Shown in pieces: positions 10,357 to 21,047 of a DNA stretch of 64,000 nucleotides. The stretch covers positions 16,399 to 80,398 of IMG/VR virus record IMGVR_UViG_3300023174_007844. The stretch is one strand, 5' to 3'. The translations under genes and the position numbers were made by a program. The notes under the pieces were generated by a model. The model was not told the DNA's origin, searched no databases, and saw only the letters and a list, made by a program, of their open reading frames with translations. Within the stretch, counting starts at the first letter, position 1. Each line of letters opens with the position of its first letter. This DNA comes from a virus.

Positions 10357-10823
10357 TCTTCCTCATCAGTCATTTGTATTCGCACTAAAAATGGCTGATC
10401 AGTCTCATAACTAGCCCATGTAGAAGAATCAACTTGGTAAACATCTGAACTTCCGGTATATGGGCAAACAATATTTGGTTGGTCTTCTTTGCTATTCATT
10501 TCAACATAAACAACTGCCATACGATCACGGTCTTTCTTTGCTGCAGTTTGGTTAGTTGTTGTATCGAAATTTGCATCAATAACTCCTAATGATCTTTCGC
10601 CTTCTTCAGTAAGGTCATCATCATCCATATCGTCTAGAAGATCAATGTCATCTACTGGAACTTCAATTTCAATGGTTTCTCCATCTCTAACAACATACAT
10701 CTTCTCAAATTTCATATTATGGGAATCACTATCAACACCCATAAGTTCATCCATAGCAGCTCTTGTTTGTTCTTCAGCTGTCTTTTCATCAACAATTACA
10801 CCAGCAACTTTTCGCTCTTCCAT
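10353..10823 (-). CDS. Acidic hypothetical protein
   Basis: 156-aa D/E-rich ORF. Confidence 0.7.
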   Translation of the reverse strand: MEERKVAGVIVDEKTAEEQTRAAMDELMGVDSDSHNMKFEKMYVVRDGETIEIEVPVDDIDLLDDMDDDDLTEEGERSLGVIDANFDTTTNQTAAKKDRDRMAVVYVEMNSKEDQPNIVCPYTGSSDVYQVDSSTWASYETDQPFLVRIQMTDEED

Positions 10824-10831
10824 CTTGTTTC

Positions 10832-11677
10832 CTATGCTATATTTTTGTCAGTAAAATCATAAAGATTAAAATTTATCTTTATTGGGTAGTTCAATCCGCC
10901 AATAGGAATAAATGTAAATACTTCAGGCACATTTTTTTCTACCTTAAGACAAAATACATCTGATTCTTGCTTGACAGATACAAATTCAGTCATTGTAATT
11001 TTACCCTTATGTGAAAATACAAGCAATCCATCACCACCACGAGGAGAGAAAGACATCTTCATAATTCCAGATTTACGAGGGATTACAGTGAGCCTAATAT
11101 CAGAACCATATTGACCCAAAACTGTGCCTTCAATTTTCTCTCCTATTAATACAGAAGATGGGATTTTCATATACACATCAAGAGATTTTTCTAGCTTGTA
11201 ATCTAATTGTAAAACATCAAGATAATTTGTCGGATTGTTCTCTACACCTAATCTGCATATAACCCTGTCATTTTGTTGAAATTCACCCTCGATTATGCCA
11301 GATATAGTTTCTTCTGGTTCTAATTTGCAGTAGACATTCAAAGGAGCAGTTGTTTGTTTAGCTAGGAAGAAATTTTTTATTGAATATGCTCCTGCTCTAT
11401 CTGGTAAATAATGAGCATTAAAAGATTTTTTCAATGATTTCACTTTAAGATCAGAATTCATATAAAATTTTTGTGGCTTGTCTGTTCCGTTTTTATAATG
11501 AACAAAATATCTCACTCTGGTATTTTGTGTAAATTTTTTATCGTGTAGTACTCCTGACTTACAAATTGTTTCTGGGTTGTTCAAGTATAACAAATAAGAT
11601 GTTTGTTGAGAATTTAAAATAAATAAAGCCGCAATCAAACATTTGATCACAGCATATAACTTAAGAGAGAACGCCAT
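10832..11677 (-). CDS. Hypothetical protein with N-terminal hydrophobic segment
   Basis: GGAGGG SD before MAFSLK; YLNNPE motif; beta-rich. Confidence 0.65.
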   Translation of the reverse strand: MAFSLKLYAVIKCLIAALFILNSQQTSYLLYLNNPETICKSGVLHDKKFTQNTRVRYFVHYKNGTDKPQKFYMNSDLKVKSLKKSFNAHYLPDRAGAYSIKNFFLAKQTTAPLNVYCKLEPEETISGIIEGEFQQNDRVICRLGVENNPTNYLDVLQLDYKLEKSLDVYMKIPSSVLIGEKIEGTVLGQYGSDIRLTVIPRKSGIMKMSFSPRGGDGLLVFSHKGKITMTEFVSVKQESDVFCLKVEKNVPEVFTFIPIGGLNYPIKINFNLYDFTDKNIA

Positions 11678-11787
11678 TGTTAAACCCTCCAAGGAATAAC
11701 GTTAAACTAGGTTTAATATTCTAGATATAAAGGGCTGAAAACTCCTAAAAAAGAAAAGTAATCATATCTCTAATTTGGATCTCATTT

Positions 11788-14322
11788 ATGTTCAATTTAA
11801 AAAAACACGTATCAGCTGCAGATTTATCCACAAAAGTATCTCCAGAAGAAATTCCAGGCAGAACGATCGAAGAAAAAGCTGCCTATATTTCTGAATACCT
11901 TGATAGAGAAATTGGTGAAAAATTAGCAGCTGGAGAAATCGGTATTGATGCTGCTTACAAGTTATTGGCAGAAACAAAAGTAACAGGCGTACCACAACAA
12001 TTTGAGTTTCTTGAAAAATACAGAAGTAATATCACTTCTTTAATTCAATCAGCTTGTACTATCAAAGAGCAATTAGAACAAACAGGATTAGATCCGAATC
12101 AAGTTTCTGAGATTATTATCAAGAAATTATTAGAGCGTGTCAATCAAGTATTTATTCCTGAATTGATTGAATTAAGTAGAACATCAAAAAGAAACTCTCC
12201 TGAAGCCACTGAAATTTTAGGAAGATTGCCAGACTATCAAGATCCTGATCAAATTGCTTCTATCAAAACATGGATATCTAAAGAAATTGAGAAAGAAGTA
12301 AATGAGATTATTGACGAATACAAAGAAATTAGAAGTCGTGCATTACAGATTCCTAATTTTGATGATAACGATTTGTCAACTATGCTTACTAATCCTCCAG
12401 CTGAAGCATTAAAAGTATTATTCCCTGATAGAAGGAAAACATCAAAAGAACCATTGCCTTCTAAATTTACAGACCCAACAGTTGTCAGAGATGTTGAAGG
12501 TATTAATGAAGAAATTCAAAAATTAGCTCGTAAAACTAATGTCAAAGGCGATACTGGCTGGACTAAAGTTCTTGCATTATCTGGGAAAATGGGTGAAGAA
12601 GAAATAGCAAGATGGAGCAAATTAATTGATCACCCTATCAAGTTTAATTTGTATGAAATTGTCAAGAATGCAGGTTTATTGTCCGAATTAAGATCTGAAA
12701 GTCCTAAAGTTTTAAGGCAAACTGGTTTTAAAAATCCTGAATTAAGACAACAATTTTATCAAATTTTCTTTCCTCAATTTGATCCTAGCACTGGATTACC
12801 TTTCTTATCAGAATCTGAAATGAGATATATTGATGAGAATTTTCCTGGTCAAAGACCTCAAGATATACCTTTCAATATAGATAGGAGAATGGATGCTATC
12901 AAACGTTCTCAAATAAAGTTGAAAGATAATTATGCAAAAAATAGACTTTATGAATTTATTCAAGAAGGTTACGATGGTCCAGGGATAGTTAAATTAATTC
13001 AATCTGATATGCTATCTGTAGATCCAGCAGGTTTGGCAATACAATTTTATTATAGAAGTATATGCAAATACAATATAAGCCAATTTAGGAGCGATTTGAG
13101 GGATATTGGCTTGACTGAAGTCAGTGAAGCTTTAACATCTCAAAACCATATTCCTGATCCTAATTATAATTTTTTGGGGCTTACTACAAGGTCTACAGAA
13201 GAAGCAAGAATTATAGAAATTTTGAGAAAAGAATTTGGTATTGATGCTATTCCATATCAAGTTTTAGTACCAATTCCCACTGACTGTCCAACGAATGTAA
13301 ATAATTTTGATATTGACTTTATGATTTATGTAGATGTTTTAGAATACATCGATCCAGTCACTTTTCAACCAGTAATCAAGTCAAAAGTTATGTTTGTTGG
13401 AGAATATTTTGGCTACGACAGTGATGACCCCAAAACAATTGTAGATAGAGGAAGACCTTGGGTAGATCCTGATGGCAATGTTTTCACTCCTCCACCACAA
13501 ATTAGTAAAAAAACTGGTGAAGTAATGAAAGAGTATGAGCCTCTTCTTCCTGGTGTTAAAACAAGAGAAGGAAATATATATAAGCTTAAGACATTATGGA
13601 AAAAGAGAACTTATTCTACTCTTGCTCATATTGTTGGCACTGATGCTTTGAGCTTTGAAGAACAAGATTTAAAAGTCCCATTCAATACAATAGCTCAAAA
13701 ATTAGATGAGAAAAATATTATTTATTCTTATTCAGGTTGCAGCAATACAAACAATTTCTGCAAAGCTAAGAAGATGATTGACAATAGTGTTGACTTTGAA
13801 TTACAAGCAAATATTGACAATCCAGATTATCGCAGAATGATGGTAAATGATGACAAGAGAAAATGCATTCGTGCAATTGACTCTGCAATATTACATTACA
13901 AATTACAAAATGCAGTAAAGCAAGCTAAAAAAGAATTCATTGGTAGAGCTGGATTTGATAGAAAGACTATCAAGGAACATCATGATTATGTTGAAAGCAT
14001 CAAGCACAACATAGACAATGCATCTAGAATTATAATAAGTCCTAATTCTACAGCAGAACAAAGGATGTCTGCTCAAAAAATGATAGAAGCAAATCAATCG
14101 GATATGACAACTTTAGAAAATTCACCATTAAGACCGTTCAAGTCAAGAGTTGATGAAATATTATCTGAAAGACAACATGTTGAAAGATTACAACAATTTG
14201 AGCAACTTAAGAATGCTATAGAAAATGGAACAATATCAACTGACTTAAACGAATTACGAAAATCATTAATGGAAATTGATGAGGGTATTTTTGGATTCGT
14301 TACAGATCCAGAAAAATTATAA
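11788..14322 (+). CDS. Large protein with PD-(D/E)xK-like nuclease domain and MFNLKK leader; probable virion protein
   Basis: RSTEEARI...FDIDF...VGEYFG resembles a restriction-endonuclease fold; upstream AGG-N19 motif. Confidence 0.55.
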   Translation: MFNLKKHVSAADLSTKVSPEEIPGRTIEEKAAYISEYLDREIGEKLAAGEIGIDAAYKLLAETKVTGVPQQFEFLEKYRSNITSLIQSACTIKEQLEQTGLDPNQVSEIIIKKLLERVNQVFIPELIELSRTSKRNSPEATEILGRLPDYQDPDQIASIKTWISKEIEKEVNEIIDEYKEIRSRALQIPNFDDNDLSTMLTNPPAEALKVLFPDRRKTSKEPLPSKFTDPTVVRDVEGINEEIQKLARKTNVKGDTGWTKVLALSGKMGEEEIARWSKLIDHPIKFNLYEIVKNAGLLSELRSESPKVLRQTGFKNPELRQQFYQIFFPQFDPSTGLPFLSESEMRYIDENFPGQRPQDIPFNIDRRMDAIKRSQIKLKDNYAKNRLYEFIQEGYDGPGIVKLIQSDMLSVDPAGLAIQFYYRSICKYNISQFRSDLRDIGLTEVSEALTSQNHIPDPNYNFLGLTTRSTEEARIIEILRKEFGIDAIPYQVLVPIPTDCPTNVNNFDIDFMIYVDVLEYIDPVTFQPVIKSKVMFVGEYFGYDSDDPKTIVDRGRPWVDPDGNVFTPPPQISKKTGEVMKEYEPLLPGVKTREGNIYKLKTLWKKRTYSTLAHIVGTDALSFEEQDLKVPFNTIAQKLDEKNIIYSYSGCSNTNNFCKAKKMIDNSVDFELQANIDNPDYRRMMVNDDKRKCIRAIDSAILHYKLQNAVKQAKKEFIGRAGFDRKTIKEHHDYVESIKHNIDNASRIIISPNSTAEQRMSAQKMIEANQSDMTTLENSPLRPFKSRVDEILSERQHVERLQQFEQLKNAIENGTISTDLNELRKSLMEIDEGIFGFVTDPEKL

Positions 14323-14323
14323 T

Positions 14324-15190
14324 ATGGCAATTTATACATCCAACCACTTAGGTAAATGGCACTGGCTCAGATACAATTCAAATATTCTTTTAATTGAAGA
14401 ATTTACATCTGAAATTGCTAGAGCAGTGTCACATAAAAACTTAATACAAGGTTCGGCTGGTGTTCATGTTCTTTCAGTTAATGGAATCACTGAGACATGT
14501 ACTTTGTCATCAGATGTTTTGTTACAATTGCCTCAAGGTCAGAATTTTGTAAATGGAAAAACACCTAAAATTGTTATTCCGCCTTATAATCCAGCGTACA
14601 AAGATATATTTGATTTAATCATTACAGATTTTGCAATTGTAAAAGCAAATCTCGACAGACAATCTTATATGTCTCAAAGAAATTTACTTACTTCAGCTTC
14701 AATTTCAATAGGGAGCAATATTCGCTGTACCTTAAATTACAATTGTCTTTTTGATAAAATGTTTGATGAAATCAAATTTGTTGATGCATATTCAAAAGCT
14801 AATGATTTTTTGGCTAGAACAGCAAAAAATTATGATTGTAGATTTTTTGCTACTGCTGGGTTTGACGAAACTTACAAAGTTTTATCTGGCAATATTAATA
14901 TAAATGTATCATATCAAAAAGTTTATTTACTTAATTTAGAATCAGAGTATCCCTTATATTCACCTCAAGGGTATGAAGTTACAGGTTCTATAGTAATTCC
15001 AGCAAAAAATTGGTATACATTGAGGGATATGTATAAGTCTCAAGTTGTAAAATTAACTAACATATCCATAGTAATTGGCAATAGATACTTAAGATTAGGT
15101 CAAGTTATTGTTGAGGATAGTGTCAAATTGTCTATGGGAGACAACATGATGACAGCAGAAATTACATTCAAGGGATTTGCAAGACTATAA
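14324..15190 (+). CDS. Putative tail-tube-like structural protein (paralog A)
   Basis: Beta-strand rich; colinear similarity to the next ORF; likely start MAIYTS at 14324. Confidence 0.45.
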   Translation: MAIYTSNHLGKWHWLRYNSNILLIEEFTSEIARAVSHKNLIQGSAGVHVLSVNGITETCTLSSDVLLQLPQGQNFVNGKTPKIVIPPYNPAYKDIFDLIITDFAIVKANLDRQSYMSQRNLLTSASISIGSNIRCTLNYNCLFDKMFDEIKFVDAYSKANDFLARTAKNYDCRFFATAGFDETYKVLSGNININVSYQKVYLLNLESEYPLYSPQGYEVTGSIVIPAKNWYTLRDMYKSQVVKLTNISIVIGNRYLRLGQVIVEDSVKLSMGDNMMTAEITFKGFARL

Positions 15191-16128
15191 TGCCTATACT
15201 ATCGCCAGAGTTGATTTCAACTTATTATGCTGTGTCATTACTCAATAAGACTTACATTCTTGATTCTTGGAATGAAAATGTTCAACAAGATGTGAGCGAT
15301 AAATCTTTTATTCAAGGTGATATTGCTAATAGAATTATAGAAGTTAATAACCCTCTTCATCAAGCCACTATATCTGGTCCTATTTTATTATTAAAAGATT
15401 TAGATACAGAGCTTCAGGGAGATACAACATCATTCGTTAATGTAAATAGTTTTAATTACAACAAACCTCCAACAGGTATATATGATATTTTCGATTTATT
15501 GATTGAAAATCTAAATGCAGTTTCTAAACCAATAAATGAAGTCACTGATTTGCCTTTCTTTATTGACAATGGATCAATGAACATAAACTTTTCAGATGTA
15601 AATACCACATTGACTCTGACCAGTATATATCCACAAGGTTTTGAAAGAAATAGTAATTTTCAATTTACAAAATCTTCCGCAATTAAGACATTTGAAGAAA
15701 AGAGAATTTTAGGCAGAACAGTAAAATTTTGGGATTTGAGATTTAGAATTTTTGGAGATTTTTATTCTCTTACACAAGCTAATATAAATGTTAGAGTTGT
15801 AAGTGATAGAAAAACTCATGTAGGCAATAATTACTGGAATGGAAATGTTCATCCAGACTACATTATTAATGGCTACTCTATCACTGGTGATGCTACAATT
15901 TCTATTTTGCCTGAACAATTTGAAAACTTTAGATTATATCAAGCTCCTGGAAGTTTTAATGTATTTCAAAACTCTATTGGTTTCGGATTAATTGATAGAT
16001 ACAGAGGCCATAGATTTATAGATTTTGGAAACTACTTAATTTTGCCCAGAATTGAATTGGACATGAGAACAGGGCAACTTATAACTGCAAGAATTAGTTT
16101 CAATACATTTGTAAGAAGATCTGTCTAG
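15190..16128 (+). CDS. Putative tail-tube-like structural protein (paralog B)
   Basis: FIQGD/LIQGS, GRTVKFWDLRF/ARTAKNYDCRF, GYSITG/GYEVTG shared with the previous ORF. Confidence 0.45.
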   Translation: MPILSPELISTYYAVSLLNKTYILDSWNENVQQDVSDKSFIQGDIANRIIEVNNPLHQATISGPILLLKDLDTELQGDTTSFVNVNSFNYNKPPTGIYDIFDLLIENLNAVSKPINEVTDLPFFIDNGSMNINFSDVNTTLTLTSIYPQGFERNSNFQFTKSSAIKTFEEKRILGRTVKFWDLRFRIFGDFYSLTQANINVRVVSDRKTHVGNNYWNGNVHPDYIINGYSITGDATISILPEQFENFRLYQAPGSFNVFQNSIGFGLIDRYRGHRFIDFGNYLILPRIELDMRTGQLITARISFNTFVRRSV

Positions 16129-16147
16129 CAACCTGTACAAATTTGGT

Positions 16148-16690
16148 ATGCAAGATTTTTTAAAATTTCATCTTTTCTGTGAAGATGAAAAAAAATATGA
16201 AGAATTACCAGATAATACCCTAATTCTATCATTTACCATTCCTGGCAGACCATCAACCAAGAAAACTTCACAAAGGGTGGTTAGAAGAGGCAAATACACT
16301 AAGATTTTGCCATCTGCTCTTTACGAACGATATGAATTACATTGCAAAGAATATTGTGAATATTTCTGGCAAAGATTTAAACTAAACCCCATTGATTTTG
16401 GCATTGGAATAAAACTCAATGTTTATTTAGATTCTTGGATTGTTGGTGATGAATGCGGATATCAACAAGCTCACGGTGACATTATTCAAAAGCATGGAAT
16501 TATTGCTGATGATATGTGGATTCATTGGATGGACAAAGATTCACATATGATTAATTATGATAAGGAAAATCCTAGAGTGGAAGTGGAAATTTACAGATAT
16601 AGACATCCAAAAGAACAATTTAGAAATGAAAAATTAGAAAAGGAAGCAATAAAAGAAGCAAAGAAGAAGAATAAAACAACCAAGGAATAG
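16148..16690 (+). CDS. RusA-like Holliday junction resolvase
   Basis: TIPGRPSTKK, GIIADD, YDKENPRVEVEI. Confidence 0.75.
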   Translation: MQDFLKFHLFCEDEKKYEELPDNTLILSFTIPGRPSTKKTSQRVVRRGKYTKILPSALYERYELHCKEYCEYFWQRFKLNPIDFGIGIKLNVYLDSWIVGDECGYQQAHGDIIQKHGIIADDMWIHWMDKDSHMINYDKENPRVEVEIYRYRHPKEQFRNEKLEKEAIKEAKKKNKTTKE

Positions 16691-16693
16691 TGT

Positions 16694-16975
16694 ATGAGCA
16701 ATATTATAATTGTGGATTTCAGGGACAATGAAGACTTTGAAAATCATCCTTATATATCATATTTGAAACAAACTTTAAATATGATTTCTTATCTTGAAGA
16801 AGCTGCTGAATTGTGGAAGTTGAATGATTTCTTTGTGGAATGTGTTTCAGATTACTTACAAATAAAAAGAGAAAGAGTATTTATTACTAGATTATGGGAT
16901 ATTCCAATTGATTTATCTTCTAATAGGGTGGGAATTATTACCAGTCAATCTTTCTTTCCAATAATTAAGACATAA
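16694..16975 (+). CDS. Hypothetical protein
   Basis: 93-aa ORF following RusA. Confidence 0.6.
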   Translation: MSNIIIVDFRDNEDFENHPYISYLKQTLNMISYLEEAAELWKLNDFFVECVSDYLQIKRERVFITRLWDIPIDLSSNRVGIITSQSFFPIIKT

Positions 16976-17002
16976 AAAAAGCAGGCTATACAGCCTGCTT
17001 TT
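16974..17002. terminator. Bidirectional intrinsic terminator
   Basis: A-tract GCAGGCT-ATAC-AGCCTGC T-tract between convergent genes. Confidence 0.85.
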
Positions 17003-17018
17003 TAGTTGGTTGAGATGA

Positions 17019-17348
17019 TTAGGAATTAGCTACGATGTAATGTGGCTCTGTGTCTGTGATTGTAAACTCACCAGAAACACCAAGAGGCTCAACAATTTCC
17101 TTCATACGCTCTTGAAGCGCAGAAGTGTTCTCATTAAGAGCTTCATTGATAGCATTCAATTGCTGTTGTGCTTGCTGAAGCTGAGCTGCATACTGTTGTG
17201 CGACATTGACAAACTCAAGAACATCTGACTTTTGTGCCTTAAGTTCGAGCAATGACTGGCGCATAGATACTAACTCAAGATACTCATCGTGGGAGATAGC
17301 TGGCTGCTCCTCACTAACAACTGCTGAAACGTCTGTAGACTCGTCCAT
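17019..17348 (-). CDS. Acidic coiled-coil hypothetical protein
   Basis: 109 aa, higher GC than neighbours. Confidence 0.7.
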   Translation of the reverse strand: MDESTDVSAVVSEEQPAISHDEYLELVSMRQSLLELKAQKSDVLEFVNVAQQYAAQLQQAQQQLNAINEALNENTSALQERMKEIVEPLGVSGEFTITDTEPHYIVANS

Positions 17349-17473
17349 TTGATATATATCCTTTTGATCCCTTGATCTGTATTATGATACCCAATAAATT
17401 GTATTTGTCAACCCTTGATATCTGAAAGTTAACAAGGTATCATCCAGATATCTTTATACAATAAAGGCAAGAA

Positions 17474-18163
17474 ATGAAAACAATTTTTTTAAGCCCATCA
17501 GATCTAGCATTTTTACTAGATGATAGTCCTTGGGGATTTTATCAGAAGTATAATCTAGGCATCAAGCGGCCTCCAGTAATTATTCCACGTATCTTTACAG
17601 TAATAGATGTTCTTACTAAAGTTTGCTGTGAAGACAAGAATATGAAGGAATTAAATTCATCTTTTCCTGATGCAATTCTCACTGGAGCAGATCAATGGGT
17701 GAAAAGTAAGCCTATCGTAAATCCAGATTTTCCTGATGTCGAAATAATCCTTCGTGGAAAAATTGATGGTGTATTAAAATTTGCTGATGGATCTCATTCT
17801 GTCATCGATTTTAAAACTTGTGAAATTCAAGAAAAAACTTTGCAGAAATATGTCCGTCAATTATCTTGCTACAGTTATGCTATGGCAAATCCAAATTCTG
17901 CATCAGACTATTCTGTCAAAATTAATGACAAAATTGGTTTATTTGTATATGAACCAAATAAGTTTTCCATTGCTGAAGATGGATCTGCCAATTTGGGTGG
18001 AAAGCTTAAATACATTGAATACGATCTTGATTTAGATGCGTTTGCAGAATTTATCAAGAAAGAAGTGATTCCTCTAATTGCTGGCAAAGAACCACCGCCA
18101 ACAGATGATGATCCTTGTTGGGTGTATATAAAACAATTTGGATTTGAATACGAGGAAGATTAA
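17474..18163 (+). CDS. PD-(D/E)xK RecB-family exonuclease
   Basis: LRGKIDG...VIDFKT...QLSCY. Confidence 0.85.
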   Translation: MKTIFLSPSDLAFLLDDSPWGFYQKYNLGIKRPPVIIPRIFTVIDVLTKVCCEDKNMKELNSSFPDAILTGADQWVKSKPIVNPDFPDVEIILRGKIDGVLKFADGSHSVIDFKTCEIQEKTLQKYVRQLSCYSYAMANPNSASDYSVKINDKIGLFVYEPNKFSIAEDGSANLGGKLKYIEYDLDLDAFAEFIKKEVIPLIAGKEPPPTDDDPCWVYIKQFGFEYEED

Positions 18164-18218
18164 AAACTGTATCAGAATACTAAACAATAATAAGTTTAGT
18201 ATTCTGATTTTTTTAACT

Positions 18219-19169
18219 ATGAGAAAAAACATATCTACCTATAATCACAAGAAATTTGCTCAGTCTTCTAGTAATACAAAAGCAACGTTAGCTAGATTAA
18301 CTAATCCAGACTACATCAAGTCATTGTTGTTGCAACCAAATCTTGGTGACACATTTGCATATTTGTCATTTAGATATGTATTTAGTGACAATGAATTAAA
18401 TATCAAAGATAAAACAGAATTTGATAAAAAAATTTACACCAAAGATAATGTTGATAAATACATAAGATTTCTTGATGTTTTAAATAAAAAAATAAGATTC
18501 ACCGGAAGAGACAAAACAAGATTTGACAAAGGTATAGCTGCAGCTAAAGAACTTATAAACACAAAACTTAAGCAAGTAACTAATACAACTCCATCACAAC
18601 CACAACAACAAGGCGGATCTACAGTTGTTCCTGCAGGTTATGCAGCTCAACAAGTGCAAATAACACCTGAACAAGCCAATAAGCATTTAGGTGTCGTAAT
18701 TCCTACATTAATAACACTTTCAAAAGATAAAGAAAAAATAAGAGCATTTATATCAAGATATTCAATTGAAATTGACGATATTTTGTATGCAATGAATATT
18801 TTGAGAACAGATGCTAAGTATTATGGACAATATAATTCATATAACAAAGATTTATCTGAATTGTCTAAAATTTATTATGATTCTATGTTCCCTGCAGGAT
18901 GGTCAGTTGCTGGAAATTCTGTTTTTGTTCATGATGATAGAACCGTGGCCAATGAAATTTTGAAATTAATTCCAGAAGCAAAAACTAAGGGTGATGCTTT
19001 TACTAAAGCAAATGAAAAAATTAAAATTTTCCAAAATGAATTTCTCGATAAAAACCCCGGAAACACTGATATAGCGGAAATTGCCAATAAAATAAATAAA
19101 GAAATAGACAAATTTAATGGCGACAAAGTAAATGCAGAAAAGATGGGGCGACTTACAAGACTAAAATAA
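18219..19169 (+). CDS. Hypothetical protein with KKFAQ leader; probable virion protein
   Basis: Likely start MRKNISTYNHKKFAQ; AGG-N19-GAATAC at 18153-18180. Confidence 0.6.
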   Translation: MRKNISTYNHKKFAQSSSNTKATLARLTNPDYIKSLLLQPNLGDTFAYLSFRYVFSDNELNIKDKTEFDKKIYTKDNVDKYIRFLDVLNKKIRFTGRDKTRFDKGIAAAKELINTKLKQVTNTTPSQPQQQGGSTVVPAGYAAQQVQITPEQANKHLGVVIPTLITLSKDKEKIRAFISRYSIEIDDILYAMNILRTDAKYYGQYNSYNKDLSELSKIYYDSMFPAGWSVAGNSVFVHDDRTVANEILKLIPEAKTKGDAFTKANEKIKIFQNEFLDKNPGNTDIAEIANKINKEIDKFNGDKVNAEKMGRLTRLK

Positions 19170-19204
19170 AGGGCAATTTTTAATAATTGTTAAAATAGAA
19201 AATT

Positions 19205-20101
19205 ATGTTTACAAAAGAATTTATTAAAATTAGTAAAGTGCTTGATGAATATGGTTTACATAGACAAGCTGATAATTTATTGAAAATTGCCCAACTTGCT
19301 ACTGATCCAAAAAAATTTTATGGACCTACACAAACAGATACAGTAAAGATTAATCCTGATGATTTTGTTAATTATAAAAGTTTAGTATCAACAAAAACAG
19401 ATCTTCAAAATAAAATAAATAGCTTAAAAAAGGGTGATAATACAGATAAAAATGTAGCTCTCAGTTTAGCAACCGAATTAACAAATTCATATAAAAATAA
19501 TAAAATAGATTATTCTTCATACAAAAAACTAATTCAAGACTTAAATTCAAAAGCAAAAGCAAATGATTACAAAATACAAGATGCAGTTGCTATTGGCCCA
19601 ATTAATCCACGAGCTTATCCTGATCCAAGCACAATAAATGAAACAGCTTCGCAAGGTCGTGGTAGAACTCAAAATCCTGACGGATCTTTCACTGATCAGA
19701 ATATACCTATCCAGCTTGCTTCACCTTTTGAAGGAGTAACAGGCAAAGGAGAAACAGCTTTTCCAAATAGAGAGTACAGAAACTTACCTGAATTACAAAA
19801 AGATTGGAATGATTATTTTACAAAGCCTGAATTCAAAAATTCAATACAACAAAGAATTGATGAGATACAAGCAAATGATATAAAGAATAATACAAAAACT
19901 GACACAAGCAAATTAAAAGCGTTGTTAGATAAATCAAATTCTCCAGATGGATTGCAAGTGGGTGATTTTGGAAATGCTGAAGAAACAACCGTGTGTGATA
20001 GTACAGGGAAGTGTGAAAAAGTGAAATATGCGCCAAATAATACATTGCCTACACAAATTTATGGCACAGAATCTAATCCAACTTTTAAGCCTAACAGATA
20101 A
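19205..20101 (+). CDS. Tagged hypothetical protein (LD..G...AD..KIAQ leader)
   Basis: MFTKEFIKISKVLDEYGLHRQADNLLKIAQ. Confidence 0.7.
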   Translation: MFTKEFIKISKVLDEYGLHRQADNLLKIAQLATDPKKFYGPTQTDTVKINPDDFVNYKSLVSTKTDLQNKINSLKKGDNTDKNVALSLATELTNSYKNNKIDYSSYKKLIQDLNSKAKANDYKIQDAVAIGPINPRAYPDPSTINETASQGRGRTQNPDGSFTDQNIPIQLASPFEGVTGKGETAFPNREYRNLPELQKDWNDYFTKPEFKNSIQQRIDEIQANDIKNNTKTDTSKLKALLDKSNSPDGLQVGDFGNAEETTVCDSTGKCEKVKYAPNNTLPTQIYGTESNPTFKPNR

Positions 20102-20105
20102 TAAA

Positions 20106-20297
20106 ATGCCAAAACCATTACATGATTTAGTAGATAAATTATTAGATAATCCTGATTTTTATCCAGAAAAATCTAAAGATGATAGAGAATCTACAGCTTG
20201 GGCAATTGCATATTCAGATTATAATAAAAATAAGAAAAGAAAAAAGAAATCATTTAATTTAAAAGAATATCGTACAGCACAAAAACCAGATCAATAG
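20106..20297 (+). CDS. Small basic protein, ChaB-like, with C-terminal FNL motif
   Basis: Likely start MPKPLH; ESTAWAIAY; ends KKSFNLKEYRTAQKPDQ. Confidence 0.5.
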   Translation: MPKPLHDLVDKLLDNPDFYPEKSKDDRESTAWAIAYSDYNKNKKRKKKSFNLKEYRTAQKPDQ

Positions 20298-20324
20298 ATC
20301 TGGTTTTTTATTTATAATAGTTTT

Positions 20325-21032
20325 ATGACAAAACTATCGCTTATTATGCTTACAAACACTGTAAATAGTGATATTTACAGGATGACACAAAATGCATTAG
20401 ATTCTCTTCATAATTCCATTGGATCTGAGAATTTTAATGTAGTGTTGGTGGAATCAAACAAAGATAGAGAATGGGATTATCGTCATGTAAACTTTTATCT
20501 TAAACCGCCAATTGATTTTAATTACAATACATACTTAAATATAGCAATTGAAAACTGTGATTCTGAATATATTGGGATTGTAAATAATGATGTAAATTTC
20601 CATAAAGATTGGTGGGTCAAAATGGAAGCAGCTATGATTAAGCATGAACTTGACACAGCTTCTCCTAGATCACCCACTGAACAAAATGGAATTGTTCCAA
20701 GAGCTGAGATTAAACACAGATTTACTCCTGAAACTATGGTGAGAGTGGGATTTGAACTTATCATTAATTTTTGTGGATGGTGTTGGATTATGAAGAAAGA
20801 AGTGAAGGATTGGCTCTTTCCCTTAGATGAACAATTTGCTTTCTTTTTCCAAGACAACGATATTATTATGAGATTACAAGAAAAAGGCTGCAAACATGGA
20901 ATGGTTGCAGCTTCAAAGGTAGATCATTATGGGCAAAAATCTCATGGAACATTCAAGGATCAAGAAGAATACATGAAAAATACATTTGCTTTAGAAAAGA
21001 ATTTTATAGAAAAATGGAGGCATCGAATGTGA
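20325..21032 (+). CDS. Glycosyltransferase family 2
   Basis: VVLVES, NYNTYLN, IGIVNNDV, LDEQF..FFQDND, VDH. Confidence 0.8.
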   Translation: MTKLSLIMLTNTVNSDIYRMTQNALDSLHNSIGSENFNVVLVESNKDREWDYRHVNFYLKPPIDFNYNTYLNIAIENCDSEYIGIVNNDVNFHKDWWVKMEAAMIKHELDTASPRSPTEQNGIVPRAEIKHRFTPETMVRVGFELIINFCGWCWIMKKEVKDWLFPLDEQFAFFFQDNDIIMRLQEKGCKHGMVAASKVDHYGQKSHGTFKDQEEYMKNTFALEKNFIEKWRHRM

Positions 21033-21047
21033 TGCCTCCATTTAGTT

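Noticed and set aside
17474-18163. Cas4 call
   Set aside because: Has a RecB-type nuclease core but lacks the C-terminal three-Cys cluster of Cas4.
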